Shown in pieces: positions 1 to 14,209 of a stretch of 64,000 nucleotides of DNA. How positions within the stretch are numbered: position 1 is the first letter of the stretch; each line of letters opens with the position of its first letter. The DNA comes from Chrysomallon squamiferum. Lineage: Eukaryota; Animalia; Mollusca. Location of the stretch: the NCBI GenBank assembly GCA_012295275.1, contig CM022667.1:620001-684000 (forward strand), read 5' to 3'. The notes under the pieces were generated by a model that had not been told where the DNA came from, made no database searches, and saw only the letters and a program-made list of their open reading frames with translations. The translations under genes and the position numbers were made by a program.

Positions 1-107
1 ATTATGAACATCTGAATATACAGCACATAATCTTTTGTATCTGTTATGTATAAAAAGCGGTTGTAATTTTCAATATCCAGCATTATTATTTTTAAAATTT
101 CACTTAC

Positions 108-243
108 AGCTGTAACGTAAGTCTCAGCTTCACAAGCATGTGGGTTATACTGAACACAATTTACATCCCATTTACTCTGTCTGTTTACTTTGATCACCTT
201 CTCTATCGGGTTAGACAAATCTACAAGAGCAAGGGATCGCCGC
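108..243 (-). CDS. WDR59: WDR59 exon 3, RRSLALVDLSNPIEKVIKVNRQSKWDVNCVQYNPHACEAETYVTA; gene continues beyond left edge
   Basis: Acceptor tttgcag, donor GCT|GTAAGT; 136 nt in frame with exon 2; RQSKWD...VQ.NPH motif of WDR59. Confidence 0.93.
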
Positions 244-387
244 CTGCAAATAAATACAATAAAGATGTAAAGTTATGTTGTTTCTAAAACTTATTTGACA
301 TAATGTATTACAGAATTAATAATGTATAACATACACACGCATAGACACAGACACAAACACATAAAACTAATAGAATTAACAGGATTC

Positions 388-421
<34 letters not shown>

Positions 422-649
422 GTGTGTGTATTAATCCATTAAAGCTTATTTTTAAAAATGTACATGATGATTATCTTGTAATTTATCACATCATACATAC
501 ATAATCATTTATTTGCGTTTTTTTTTTTTTTTTTTTTTTTTTTTCTAACCAAGAAACTGTTGTCTTCAGAAAATTTAAAAATCAATATAGTTAATTTACT
601 AAGATAATTATGGCAAGGAAAAATAATTTTATATTAAACTGGTACATAC

Positions 650-699
650 CCTGCTAGCAATGCATACCGCCCCAAACAATCCACAGCCATAGCATTGGC
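650..699 (-). CDS. WDR59: WDR59 exon 2, ANAMAVDCLGRYALLA-G
   Basis: Acceptor ttttccag, donor GG|GTATGT; 50 nt; matches human ATAMSVDCLGQHAVLSG. Confidence 0.93.
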
Positions 700-707
700 C
701 TGGAAAA

Positions 708-746
<39 letters not shown>

Positions 747-1040
747 ATGTTAAGTAAGGAATAAAGTTTGTGTGTAAAAATGTAATCAAATGCTTTGTTA
801 ATTACTACTAACATTTGATTTTATAAACTGGAAGCTTAAGTAATAATAATAGTAATCATGAACATAAAAAATTTATAAACGGAATTTGTTCGACATTATG
901 TCCCTAACGAAAACATAATCCATTGGAATAACTGGTAGTTTTGTGAATATATTTAAAACGTCGGCAACTACTGTGTTCATACAAAAAGAATGATATGATA
1001 AAATTATTGAAGACAGCTGCTGTAGGTTTTCGAAATTCAC

Positions 1041-1094
1041 CTGCAAGTCTTTGTATTCCGCAACAACTTGTTCGGAGCTCCATCGCCCTGCCAT
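1041..1094 (-). CDS. WDR59: WDR59 (GATOR2 WD-repeat subunit) coding exon 1, MAGRWSSEQVVAEYKDLQ
   Basis: aaaATGG start; peptide matches the WDR59 N-terminus (human MAARWSSENVVVEFRDSQ); donor CAG|GTGAAT, phase 0. Confidence 0.93.
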
Positions 1095-1184
1095 TTTCAG
1101 CTGACATTGGGGCTATTTAAAGCGGACCCGGACACTGTGCCGGACTAAATCATTTTAGTCACTGTTGTGAAAATACGGGTTATT

Positions 1185-1196
1185 GTGATGATGAGG

Positions 1197-1292
<96 letters not shown>

Positions 1293-1361
1293 GGTGGTGG
1301 TGGTGGTGGTGGTGGTGGTATTTCAGTTATTATCATAATCATTACCATCATCATCATCATC
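1185..1361. repeat. Compound trinucleotide microsatellite (ATT)n(GTT)n(GGT)n...(CAT)n just upstream of WDR59
   Basis: Read directly; source of the poly-I/V/G and poly-P/T ORFs. Confidence 0.95.
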
Positions 1362-2362
1362 TAACGACTTACACAAGGCTGACAATTTCCCCTAATTAAA
1401 GCAGTTGAAATAAAAATACCAAAAACCGCATCCTCTGTCAAAACACGTTTATCATCATTTACTAAAAAAAAAACTACTACTAATATTGTAATAATAATAA
1501 AAGACAAGACAACAACAAATAAATCGAGTTGGATAATTTAATATTTGAAATCCTCGATAAGTGTGAAGTACAAACTTGTACATTTAAAAATTTCATTTAA
1601 ATGAAATACGACATCAAATTAAAGAGGTGCCATATGTCATTCCCCATTTAATTAAAACTAATGTTCAAATAAATTATTATTATTATTATTATTATTATTA
1701 CTTTTTTTTTTTTTGAACCGATAACTATTTTTCACATTTAGATACTAGAGTATTTTACAATTTAAATATATAATATATATTTTATATTACTGATTGCAAC
1801 TAATACAAATTCATTCAGTATTGTACATGCTGTATTATTTTTTATGTAAACTGAACACTCGTCATACTGGATATGTCATTAATACATATGAACCATTTAG
1901 CTGCAACTGAAATATATTTGATTAAGTAAAGAGTACATTGTAAAACGTATGTTAAAAACTCAAGTATATGTCTGTAAAGTTCATCATGGTTATTGCACAA
2001 ATATAAAGACAGTACTGTATATTAAGAAAAAAAAAAATTTTTCTCCAAACATGCATAGATGTTCCTTCATAAACACAGATAAATGCATGCATAGATGTTT
2101 CTTCATAAACACAGATAAATACGTACATCAATATACCTGCATATATACATACATACGAAACTATCTACACACACTCATAAACTTACCAGATAAGTATGTA
2201 CTACACAAAAATATATAAATATAATAAACAATCAAACAAACAAACAAATAGTAATATTAAATAAAATAAGTTAAAAAAAAACAACCCAAAAAACAAACAA
2301 ACAAAAAAACAGACAAATAAACAAGTAAATAAATAGTTATAACAAATAAATAAATAAATATA

Positions 2363-2397
<35 letters not shown>

Positions 2398-4004
2398 GAA
2401 AACAACAAGCAACAACAACAATAAATGGAAATCGAGAAGTAGGTGTCCCTGTTCTCCAGACTGGGTGTGTAAACTAAGACCGACCTTTTGAATTTACCGT
2501 CTAAGTGACAGAATACTAAAATATTAAATTAACCGTACAAGTCAGACAGTATAAAGGGAAGAAATAGCTTCTTCCTAGAAAGGAAAGAAAGAAAATTTGT
2601 TATCAATGGAATCACCTTTCAGAATGACGAAAAGATAGACGACAACAGTTCAAGAGGTTACCTGTAAAAATAAAAAATAAAACATAATAAAAAAACTCTT
2701 TTTATTTTACACATAATAAAAAAACAAGTGTCGTGCAATTGTTGAGATATATGGCAGCTGGTGATAGTCTATACCGTTCAAAAGCTACTGCTTTTTTTTA
2801 GAAGAAAAAAAGTGTAATTTAGTAATAACTGCTTTTGTGTGCAGAATTTTTTGCGACGTCATCCAGGTTTTCAAATACCCCATGCGTTGTTTTTAGAATT
2901 TGGAAGAATACAAATTTGAGATTAAGTTTCGGTTTCAATTTCGTCTCAGTTTCGCAGTTACTAAAAAAAAAAAAAAAAAAAGTGATAATGTTGTTGTTTT
3001 TGTTTGTGCGTTATCGTGCAAGAATTTTGTTTTTAACTCTGCTGTTTACAGAATCACTAATGTTTATTTGTTTAATTTTGGTTCTTTACTAACTTATTTT
3101 ATTAGAAAAAATAAATAAAAAAAAAAACATCTGAGAGTATTGGTGTTTGGGTATTGTTAATGATTTAGACACATTCTTATTTTAGACAAGAAAATTAAGA
3201 GACCCTTTGTAAGAATACAAGATTAGTCTATACTTGACATTAACTATTAGTTTAGAAGCATGCCATTACTTAATCTGGATAAATAACAGTTATGTACTAA
3301 AATGGTTACTTCAGACATTTGTTTGAAGTTAAGGTACAATGACACAGTATAATTATTTATTAATTTTAGTAACATTTTAGTAAAAATATCTGCTTCAGCC
3401 ACATATTTGTTGCTAATTATAGTACTGAAAAATAAATTTTATAAACCCATTATTTATACTATAATTAGTCACTGCTGTGAAAACCGTGAGTCGTGTCAAT
3501 ATGACTTTTTATGTTTGAAGGTTTTTATTTGCATTGGTGTAATAAACACAAAGAAGAAAAAAAAAAGATTGGCAGTTAATGAAACTAAATAAATAAATAT
3601 AAATGAAAAACAAATAAACATACATATACAGATAAACAAATAAAAACATCATTAAAACAAAATAAAATAAAATAATTAGTGCCTAGTTAAGAAGTATAAT
3701 TTTTGTGGTGACAAGACTTAATTTTCTCCTCTTTTCGCGTGTATCTTTTGTAACCTTTCTGAATTTTGTGCATTTCCTAGTTATATTGTTTCCTTGAGTG
3801 CTTTGGCTTTCATAAAGCACAGCATTTGCCAATAGTAATTTTTAACAAGGCTCTTTAAAGTATAGCGGTAGTGGTACGAATAATTGGTCTAATAAAATTA
3901 TTTTTACTTTTAAGTTATTATTATATTATTTTGGGCATCCTATAAAATAATATTGTTACAAAACATTTGATTACGGCTATTTTATCCCTTTACAGCTGTA
4001 GTCG

Positions 4005-4106
4005 TGACGTCATCAGGTACATGATGGATTGATAATTGTATTTATACGCTAGAAGAAACTTTAAAGCAAATGGAGACCCAGTGACGTCAGGACTATAATA
4101 TAAATA
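4005..4106 (+). promoter_or_regulatory. Two full CRE palindromes followed by a TATA-like element
   Basis: TGACGTCA at 4005-4012 and 4082-4089; TATAAATA at 4099-4106. Confidence 0.4.
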
Positions 4107-5799
4107 TAGCAGCTTCCACATATTTTTAATCTGTTCTTTTTTGTTATTATACTTCGTCGTTAATTATAATTTGATTCAGAAAACAACAGTAATAACAACA
4201 ACAACAAAAATAAATTAAAAAAATAACTAGTAGAATGCAAAATATATTTTGACTATTTTTTTTTCATTTCTCCACAGGTACACTTTAAATTACAGTTTCA
4301 TTTTCTGCACTGATATCGAATAAAAATAAATAAATAAAATAAAATAAATTCAAATAACTTTGTCGGTAATTTCCTCTCTCTATTTTTTTTTTCCTATATC
4401 TTCAGTTCAAGTTTGACTTACATAGATTTGACTAAATTTGACATCATATCGGTACTGTCGTTTTACAAACGCAATTTTATTATGTTTGTCACTGTGTGCA
4501 GTTGCTCACGTAGGTCTGGAAATAATAACAGAAAAAAAAGAAAAGAAATCTGAAATGTTTAACGACTTGAGTTTCGTACGGCAGTCACGAATTCATGATG
4601 TAAATGTATTCATGTGTCGTCACCATGCAGTGTTTATGTCTGCTTGTCTCCGGTAGTCACCGTGGGTAGAGGATTTAGCTCGGGTTGATAAGCTCAGGCA
4701 TGCGTAACGTAGAAAGAAAATTGCTTGCCTATAGCACGCACACAATATGAGATGTTTAACTCCTATTCATAACAGATACTGTTTTCTCCTGGTCCTCGAA
4801 AACAGTCAAACAAACAAACAACGACAATATTAATCTGTAGCTCCCCAAAAATTCCAAAGTCTAAAACATATTAGCCATCTAAATCTTAATTTCCTTATTT
4901 TTATTTCACATTATTTAGAATTTAACCAGACAATGTTTTCTTTTTATTTCATTAAATATATATATATATATATAATTTATTTATTTAAAATTGCTAGCAA
5001 AATTACTTTTAGACATTCGTCAGAAGAAAAAATTCTGAATTTTCAAGACATAAGTAACTACCCGATTCAATTTCCTTGGCTTTAGATGTTGGAACTTACG
5101 TCCTTTAACAATTACTCTTCAGTCAGAAAATGTTTAATTACTGATTGCAAAACCTTACACGAACTAATTAGTGACCAAACTGTCGAAAATCTAACACTCA
5201 TAGCAGTTACTTCGTAAACAATCGATAACGTTCATTTATATGTAAATAATAATAACGTTCATTATAATAATAATAATAATAAATAAATAAATAAATAAAA
5301 TAGGTCTAACCTGTATTTTAAATGCACTGAGCGATGACAATAAAATTTATCAGTCATTTTAAAACTCAGTACAAATATTGAACTGGATCAAAACATTTCA
5401 ACAAACCTTATAATTAATATTTTTTTTAATTAATTAATTTATTTTAATTATTTGTTTAATATTAAATTTGCTATACATTAGTGTGAAAAGTAAGCATCGT
5501 AAGTTGTTTAATCAAATGCATGTTAATTTGGGGGTCCTAGTAGCTACGTTTAAACATGTTTCAGAAAGGTCGATCCAAAGAGGAATTCAGAACATCTCTA
5601 ATTTAATGATCCGACAAGATTCGATAGTGTCGATGACCTAAATAATACAGTTTATTTTCTTCCACTGTTACTGCGTTTGCTAAATAAATACCCCGATGAT
5701 CACCTCATCATTAGTCATTTTGGTTTCAATATCCCGGAGGGTCGAACACAGGGGAAATAACTCTAAACGTTTGCAAAGGCGTATTTGTTAGAAAAACTT

Positions 5800-5834
<35 letters not shown>

Positions 5835-6111
5835 TTTCGTTTATTTATTTCGTGTATTGTCTTAATACATATATTTGTATTGCATTTGTATATGCTACAG
5901 TAACCGCGTATTTTGTTTCAGCATTTATATTTTTTAAATGTTTTTTTCTGAACACTTAAATATTTAAAGGGAGTTGATCGGTGAAAAAATTACTACAAAA
6001 TATTTAACACCATATATTATTTGGGATTCTTTCTGAATGAACTGAGGAAAAATATTAGCATATGAACAGAGAGAGTCGCTTAATAATATAAGCGTTCAAA
6101 TGGATTTATAA

Positions 6112-6201
<90 letters not shown>
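6112..6201. repeat. (CT/AG)n microsatellite; similar tracts at about 14107-14203, 18635-18710, 22077-22138, 30444-30579, 32085-32200, 33933-34037 and 35943-36060
   Basis: Read directly. Confidence 0.95.
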
Positions 6202-6205
<4 letters not shown>

Positions 6206-7208
6206 GCAGAAAGTATCTTGCCAATAAATGAAATGCTAAGTATGGTAACTTCCATTCGCATATTTTGTAATCTTCACAATCATTAGGGGTTTTGTGATTT
6301 TTATAAAGCAATTTTTAAAATTATTATTTATTTGATTCAGCTGGACAGAGAAACGTTACTTCTTCGAAAATGTTATTTGTCTGTTTGCATGTTGGGGGGC
6401 ATTCGAGAGGTGTTTGTGAGTTTTATTTCTACATTCTGTCTATTTTAGATGTTTCCTAGATCATGTTAATTGAACAGATGTAAGAATGAAAATTTAAATC
6501 CACTTATTAATATAAGGGATTGGTTGTGGTGGATTATGATGATGATGATCCACATAATTACCACAATGACGCGAGAAAAGAAGAGTATTAATACAGTAAC
6601 ATCAATACGTTATTATTATTTTCTTCTTCCAGGCGCGCTCAGTTCAGAAAGTTACTTCAACCTGAGCTGAACAAACAAATACTCCAGCTTCGAAATCTCA
6701 CTTTTGTCTGGTTCATCCATTCGTTATTATCAGTTGCTTCTCTCCCCTTGAGCGGAGCCTGCAAAATAGAAAACGAAGATTATGTTGAATAATATCATTA
6801 CTGAGCGACAGATGGTTTGCATGCCGCGCGTGCTTAGAAACAGTATCAGGTAGCGCCGGTCGCTAAAAACAACGCGGAAATACATCCTGAAACATCAATG
6901 CAGGGCATTCGAGGGGCAGGTCTCGGTGTGGAAACTGTGAGTTAACCGTCGTGGAGTGGCGTGACATTTTCACAGACGTAACGCTCACAAATCTGACATT
7001 ACTGTTCATTCGTATTGTTCGCACGTCCATTCGAGTTACCGGCAGTTCTTTGTAATATTATCCGTTTTCATTGTCTTCCATCTGAAGAAAAAAAAAAAAA
7101 AAAAAAAGACGAAGGAAAAAAAAAAAAAAAAAAGGGAAAAAAGAATCTCGTTAACCGCCATTGTCGTCTGCTCCGGTGAGATAAAACGTTTGTCTGGTTT
7201 TCCCTCCC

Positions 7209-7244
7209 TATAAAAGCGGCGCATCATCGGTGGTTTGCTCATTT
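7209..7244 (+). promoter_or_regulatory. Candidate core promoter of Galpha-o: TATA box plus initiator
   Basis: TATAAAAG at 7209-7216 and TCATTT (Inr-like, A at 7241) 32 nt later, in a CpG-rich region; CRE at 7372-7379. Confidence 0.55.
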
Positions 7245-7752
7245 GTGCCCTAATCTACAGTCGAGCGGCCACGTACATGCTTCAGAATCTGTAATATGAA
7301 ATGACCTTAATTTTCATAATTTCTTAATTGTATAGCATGGAGAATAATGTCCATAGAGCCCGTGCTATTGCTGACGTCACATGCGACCCCAGAACTGTGA
7401 GTGACTTAGTATAGTGCGATCTTGCGTTGGTTCGATTCTGTATTGGTGGGCCCGACGACGGCTAAGAACCTCGCCTTTGTTCTGGGTGTTACGAGGTTCA
7501 CGGATTGTTCCAGCTGCCACACATTTGTACAGTGGAACTGCGCTACCAACACCGGGGATGTTGAATGTTGCAAGAATTCTTTAAAATATTGGTCTTTGAT
7601 TATTCCATGTCTGTCGGAAAGCAAGACTCACGCCTCGATGTGAGGACTCGCCAACCGATTGGGTGTATTGGAAAATTGAGAATCGTTCGAGAGAATCCCG
7701 ATTCTAGCCGAGTTCACAACGTCAGGCTTTGAGTGTTTTTCTTCATTCCGAG

Positions 7753-7754
<2 letters not shown>

Positions 7755-7827
<73 letters not shown>
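7755..7827 (+). repeat. 73-nt poly(T) tract upstream of the Galpha-o start codon
   Basis: Read directly. Confidence 0.9.
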
Positions 7828-7830
<3 letters not shown>

Positions 7831-8038
7831 TTTTTTTATATATATTTTTTTTACTATTTTTTTTTTCAACCCCGTTTTTTTTTTTCATCTCCGATTTTGT
7901 TCCTTTCACATGTGGAGGAAAACGACCATACGTGTTCTTGGATACGAGATAAGACAAAACTGGATATACATCATTGCATATTTTTTTTCTTTTGTGTGCA
8001 GCTGTGGGGTTTTGACAAAGAACACGGCGACCGCCTAG

Positions 8039-8251
<213 letters not shown>

Positions 8252-8512
8252 TGATATAGGTTAAAAAATATTAAAAATAAAGAAAAGAGAGAAAAAAAAA
8301 AAACCCAACCCAACCCCCAAAAACGCGACTCGTACAAGCTGTTTTGCTTATTGATGAACCCACCGGAAAGAGTAATAACTGTAATTTTTAGTAACGGCTT
8401 GTTCTTATGCGGCGGCCATGTTGGATATCTGTGATGCTGTGAATTAAGTTTAGAATTCCACCTTTGGTGTAATGTGAAAAATGTTCAAGGCGTAAAACCG
8501 CAGCAGACTGGC

Positions 8513-8543
<31 letters not shown>

Positions 8544-8656
8544 CTGCCAAAGTCGAATGTATTTAACGTGTATTTTTTATTTTATTTTTTTTTTTTTTTG
8601 TATCTTCTCGTCATAACGTCTGTGTCTGACATCGTTATTTTTCTTCTTTTCTTCAG

Positions 8657-8699
8657 GTGCCGGTGAATCCGGAAAAAGTACGATTGTGAAGCAAATGAA
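8657..8699 (+). CDS. GNAO1: Galpha-o exon 2, P-loop GAGESGKSTIVKQMK
   Basis: Acceptor cttcag, donor AA|GTAAGA; 43 nt. Confidence 0.97.
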
Positions 8700-11461
8700 G
8701 TAAGATTTAATTTTTTTTAAAATTCTATTTTTAATTTATTTAACTATATAAATGCAGTATTGTTTGTATTAGCTATTTTCACATGCTAAGCACCGTTCTG
8801 TTGTCCGCTTTGGATTGTCACTTACAGTCACGTATTAAAATCTATTATTGACATATGCCGTCACCCGGTGCTGCTACCGGTGACGGTTTTGACGTCGTGG
8901 TAGCGACGTCCAGCCTGAAGTCTGCGTCGTCGATACACTGGCTTTGAAGAAAAAAAAAATGACTAGAATATTTATTCATGTTGCACTTATGATTTATTTG
9001 AGTAATGTGAATAAATGGCATACATTGCATCTCATTAATTACTCTCACGTTGAAACATCTGAACAGCCGATAAGGCCACAATATCCTCTTCGAACGGCAA
9101 ACACATACACACAAACGCAAATACACACTCGTACACAAATACACACTCAGATAATACTCGCACACATCATCCACACAACGCCTGATCGATAATGTCGCAC
9201 TAACACACGCCAAATTTAGACGTCGCCAGCATCATCATTATCGCTAAAATATGCACATTGAATTCGAGATTTAAACAGTTTTCAGGACTAAGTATAATAC
9301 AACACAAATAAATATACACCGCCAATAACTGTCTTCGCAACGCCTTGACGATAACAGTTTTTCGAATTGATTCGGTTCTGATGCTAGTCGAAATAATGCA
9401 TTTTCATTGTTGTTCTTGTTTTCTGGACTGAATCAATATCAGAATTCAGACGCAGTAATTAAATTTACACCATTTAGTCAAAATTTAATTTATCGGAAAG
9501 TCGTGAAGAGGTTATACTTATAGTATGTGCAATGTCTAATGGTTATAATAGTATTAGTCCTTGATTTTGAGACTTTTTTTTCAAAATTCACAGACAAGAC
9601 AAGAATCAATATCGCTAGGTTATGGGCGATTCATGACTTACTTAATTTTCAGGAGGAGCCCAACTTCAGGTTCGATAAACTGTATACGATAAACTGTATA
9701 CATCGGATGGGAATTCATGATTTAGCTAATGTTTGAATATGTTCCATTAAAACAGTCATAAATGTGATTAATTTAGTAATAATTCACCACTTTGGTGGTT
9801 AAAATAATTATGTAATCCTTAACATACAACTACAGTAAAAAAATTAATAAGATTTTCCCCTATGTGAAAACATGCACACAAAAACAATGGTTAATTTTAT
9901 TAATTTACTAATAATTAAGGACTTTGCTAGCATCTTTAAAATAATTATGTTTTTTCTGAATTTAATAGCTTAACGAAATTTATGATTAGCCATCAAAGCA
10001 GTTATAAATTTTAAATTTAGTTAAAAATTCGGCACTTTTCTAGCATCAAAATCGTTGCCGTGAATTGTCAGTTTTAACAAAATTAAGGATGTAGCAACCA
10101 AAATATTGGTCAGATTAAACTTCTTGAATTTGAGTTATACTAAACTCTGAATATCTGAATACAGTTAAACTGAATAAAGTAACAGTGCCTTCATTTTGAA
10201 ATACAATATTGTATGGTGTCATTTCTAGCCATTCACTTATTATTTATTAATTTGGGGGTTTTGTGCTTTATTTTAATTCCATTATTATTTAATTAATCAA
10301 AGTAATTAATATATCGTTTTTTTTTTCTGTTTTTTTCATGAAAGATGTGAAATAGAGAGCTATTAAATTAAAAATATATGTATATATAAAACACGACACT
10401 GTTAGACATGCAATCCTCATTTCTCTTGAGGTATGTGTGGCTCTGCATATATGAAAATTAATTAGGTGAGTGTGCGCGCATGAAAATTATACAAACATCA
10501 TAGATCTGATAAGACAATTTACACGATTAGTAATTAACAATTAAAATCGATTAAGAGGTTCATATCAAATGAATTAGATATATCCATATGATGGAAATAC
10601 TTAGGAATACATTTTAAATTAAATTCAGTTAAAATTGAAACAGATAATAAGTAAATTTTATATCATATATTTTAAAGATATAATATGAAATGGTTCTGAA
10701 AATGTGAACTAATTTTTCGCGTGTGAAAGCTTTTCCTTTATTATATGAAATATATTAATATATTTCATAATACGTTAATCCAATATTTACATATTAATGT
10801 GTATATGGATTAATGCTGTTTGCTGGGTTTTTTGGTTAAAATACTAGCTATTAACTAGGGGCGTGTCCAGAATTTACAAAAAAAAAAAAAATTCTTCTCT
10901 CATTGAGGTGGAATTGATCTTTCTGAAGAAATAGATTTTATTACAAAAAATAAATGTATAATATATTCGCCTATTTAAAGGGTAGATAAAAACAGAGAAG
11001 TTTTTACTCTTTATACTGATTAGATCTTTAAAAATAAAAAAAAAAAAATAAAAAATAAAACTTATAGTCTGCTATGAATAAAACATTGATATAAATTAAG
11101 TCCTCAAGGACACGGTGTCAATTATTTTATTTGACGTTAGTGAAACAGTGAAATAACTGACATTAAACAATGTTGTTCTGTTAAAGTAAAATAATAATAA
11201 TAATAACAATAATAAATCGATAAATTCATCTATTAACATTAAACCAATAATCAAGTATATCACATATCAACTAGAATCAAAAATAGATTACTACGCGGAC
11301 CCGGGAGAGGTCACTTCCTGCGATCGATCGTTTTATTTCGGGCCTTTTCGTCTTAAAGTTAGACATCCATCTTAACGTTTTCGTTGGAGAATAAAAGACA
11401 GGGTGAAATTATGTTTTGTTTGAGACTGTGGATCCACATATGAAATTTCTATCAGTTACTG

Positions 11462-11527
<66 letters not shown>

Positions 11528-11928
11528 TAATAATAGTAAAAATAAAATAATAATAACAAAAATGGTAAAATTGATTATAACAGTTTTGTAAGTAAAAAGT
11601 TATAGTATAAATATTTATTGGAATTTTCGAATGAAAAATATACATACATAATTATATAGGTTTTATATATTCTGATTTTTATCCTCATACATTACTTATG
11701 AGAACTTTACAAGTAGCTTTGTTAATATGCATCCATTTCCTCTGTAGATATTTATCCTGTAAGTTGTGTTAGTATGTTTATGAATAACAGTTTGTGTTAA
11801 GTGACACAGAAAAAGAAAAAAGTGAGAGAGATCGTAAATATCCATGTGACTTAGACAAACAATGACTGTCATTTTGTTTAAGACACAGCATTAAGCTTCT
11901 TATAATATTACACATATTTGATAACTTA

Positions 11929-11962
<34 letters not shown>

Positions 11963-12027
11963 ACTTATTTTGGGATGATGTAAATATTTCCACACAGTCA
12001 TAATATGATATTCATACTGTAAACTCC

Positions 12028-12088
<61 letters not shown>

Positions 12089-13417
12089 TTAATTATCTTG
12101 AAATATTTAAATGTCACCCAGCTGCTGCTTTAAAGAACAGCAAAAAAAAAAAAAAGAAGAAAAAAAAAGACTATCAAATAACAGTCATTAATCTACTTAC
12201 ATCCATCGAATAGGTAAACGACCTAACGATTTAAATGTGCTAGCAATTTATAATACATCTGTTAACCAAGTAACATTATTTTAAGCTCATCTTTAATGCA
12301 GCAGTGGTTGTCAGAATCAAAGATTCGTGTATTGGCACATTAATATTTATGAGACACTGGAGCTTTCAAATATTTAAATTTTTGACAAATTACAAACAGC
12401 TAATTCAGAAAGGAATGTGGTAACGGCTGTTTATGCAGCAGGAATTAATTATAATATATTATTACGTAGGGACAGAGTTATAAATATGCAAGTGATTATA
12501 ATTATAATAAATAAAATTAAACTCGCCAGCTGAAGATTATTAGGCCAGAACTGCGTACCGTGCTTTTGTTTTATAAAAAAATAATAAAATAAAATAAAAA
12601 ACCCCATAAAATTTAGCATTGTATAACTCTTAATATTATTGAGGCCTATACGTACTACTTAATATTCACACATATAAAAAAGTACGAGTTAATATTTCAT
12701 GGTTGGAAAATTTAATATTACAACTAAAAAACTCATATATATATATATATATATATATAGATGTACAATGTAATACTATGTATATATATATAAGACACTC
12801 TTTGTTACACATATGTATAATTTAAAAGTCAGACATACGTACAACATAATTTTATATATACGTTAAAACATCTTACTTTTCACATATCCTAACTTAACAT
12901 TCACACAGTAGTACAAGGTAATAGTATGTACTACTAGACAACGTAATATACAGTTTTTTTTTGTAAATATACGTAACTACAACGCTCACACTCACACACA
13001 CGTTCAGTGCATGTTTGTGTGAAACACTATTATACATATGCATAATTTAAAATTCACATATAATTATGTACAACGTAATTCTACGTTTAAGTAAACACTT
13101 ACTACTATACATAAATATAGACTGTGTTCTTTTCGTTATAACTCTTTGAATGATAAATGTAATAAAAAAAAAAAGAAGTAGTTTAACTAAATAAACACGA
13201 TAAATGTTTTTGGTTTCATAGTGTATATCACATTACAATCCGCATAATAAATACACAATATGTTTAATGTACACATATGTTATGATTACAACATAAAATC
13301 TATATGATAAACAAAACTGCAGTTACATATCTATATATATTCCAGTCACAATCGTTTACAACAATATTATAAATCTATACTCTCATCCATCAATAATAAT
13401 AATAATAATAATAATAA

Positions 13418-13526
<109 letters not shown>

Positions 13527-14104
13527 AACAATAACAATTGAGGATAATTATGATGATAAATTTATAAATTCTAAACTGCAAAATTTATTAATTTGTTTAT
13601 AATATTTTCCCTTAATTTCATTTCTTCATGGCTATTATATGCTAAAAAAAAATATATATATATTATATTATTATTTTACTATAACAATGAAAACAACTAC
13701 GTTCAGTATCAACTTTCTTTTAATATAATACATCCATTAATATATAAAATAATACAATATGGACTGACAATGCTGTCTGTGTAGGTGATACTGGGATTTT
13801 TCGGAGAAAATAATCATAAGAACGCCTGTACTGGACACAATCACTCATCTTGCCCAAACTGTTGAAGTTCGTCAGACATCCTCGCAAATTATTAACACAC
13901 TCAGGTTAGTGTAACCAGCGTTCTCGAACAGCAGTGGCAAACGTGGTTAACACATTAAACTGTTAATGAATACGGCATTATGCTCCGTTTGTCAGTCACC
14001 AGAGAGAAAGAGAAACGAGAAAACAAACCAAGGACGTCACTTGTTTTGTTGTTAATGAGACGTGTCAGAAACAGCAAGCGAACTTTAACACTGACTAACC
14101 CCGC

Positions 14105-14209
<105 letters not shown>

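Noticed and set aside
7406-7643. Overlapping 72-73 aa ORFs upstream of Galpha-o
   Set aside because: Non-ATG starts and no recognisable family; better explained as GC-rich leader or promoter sequence
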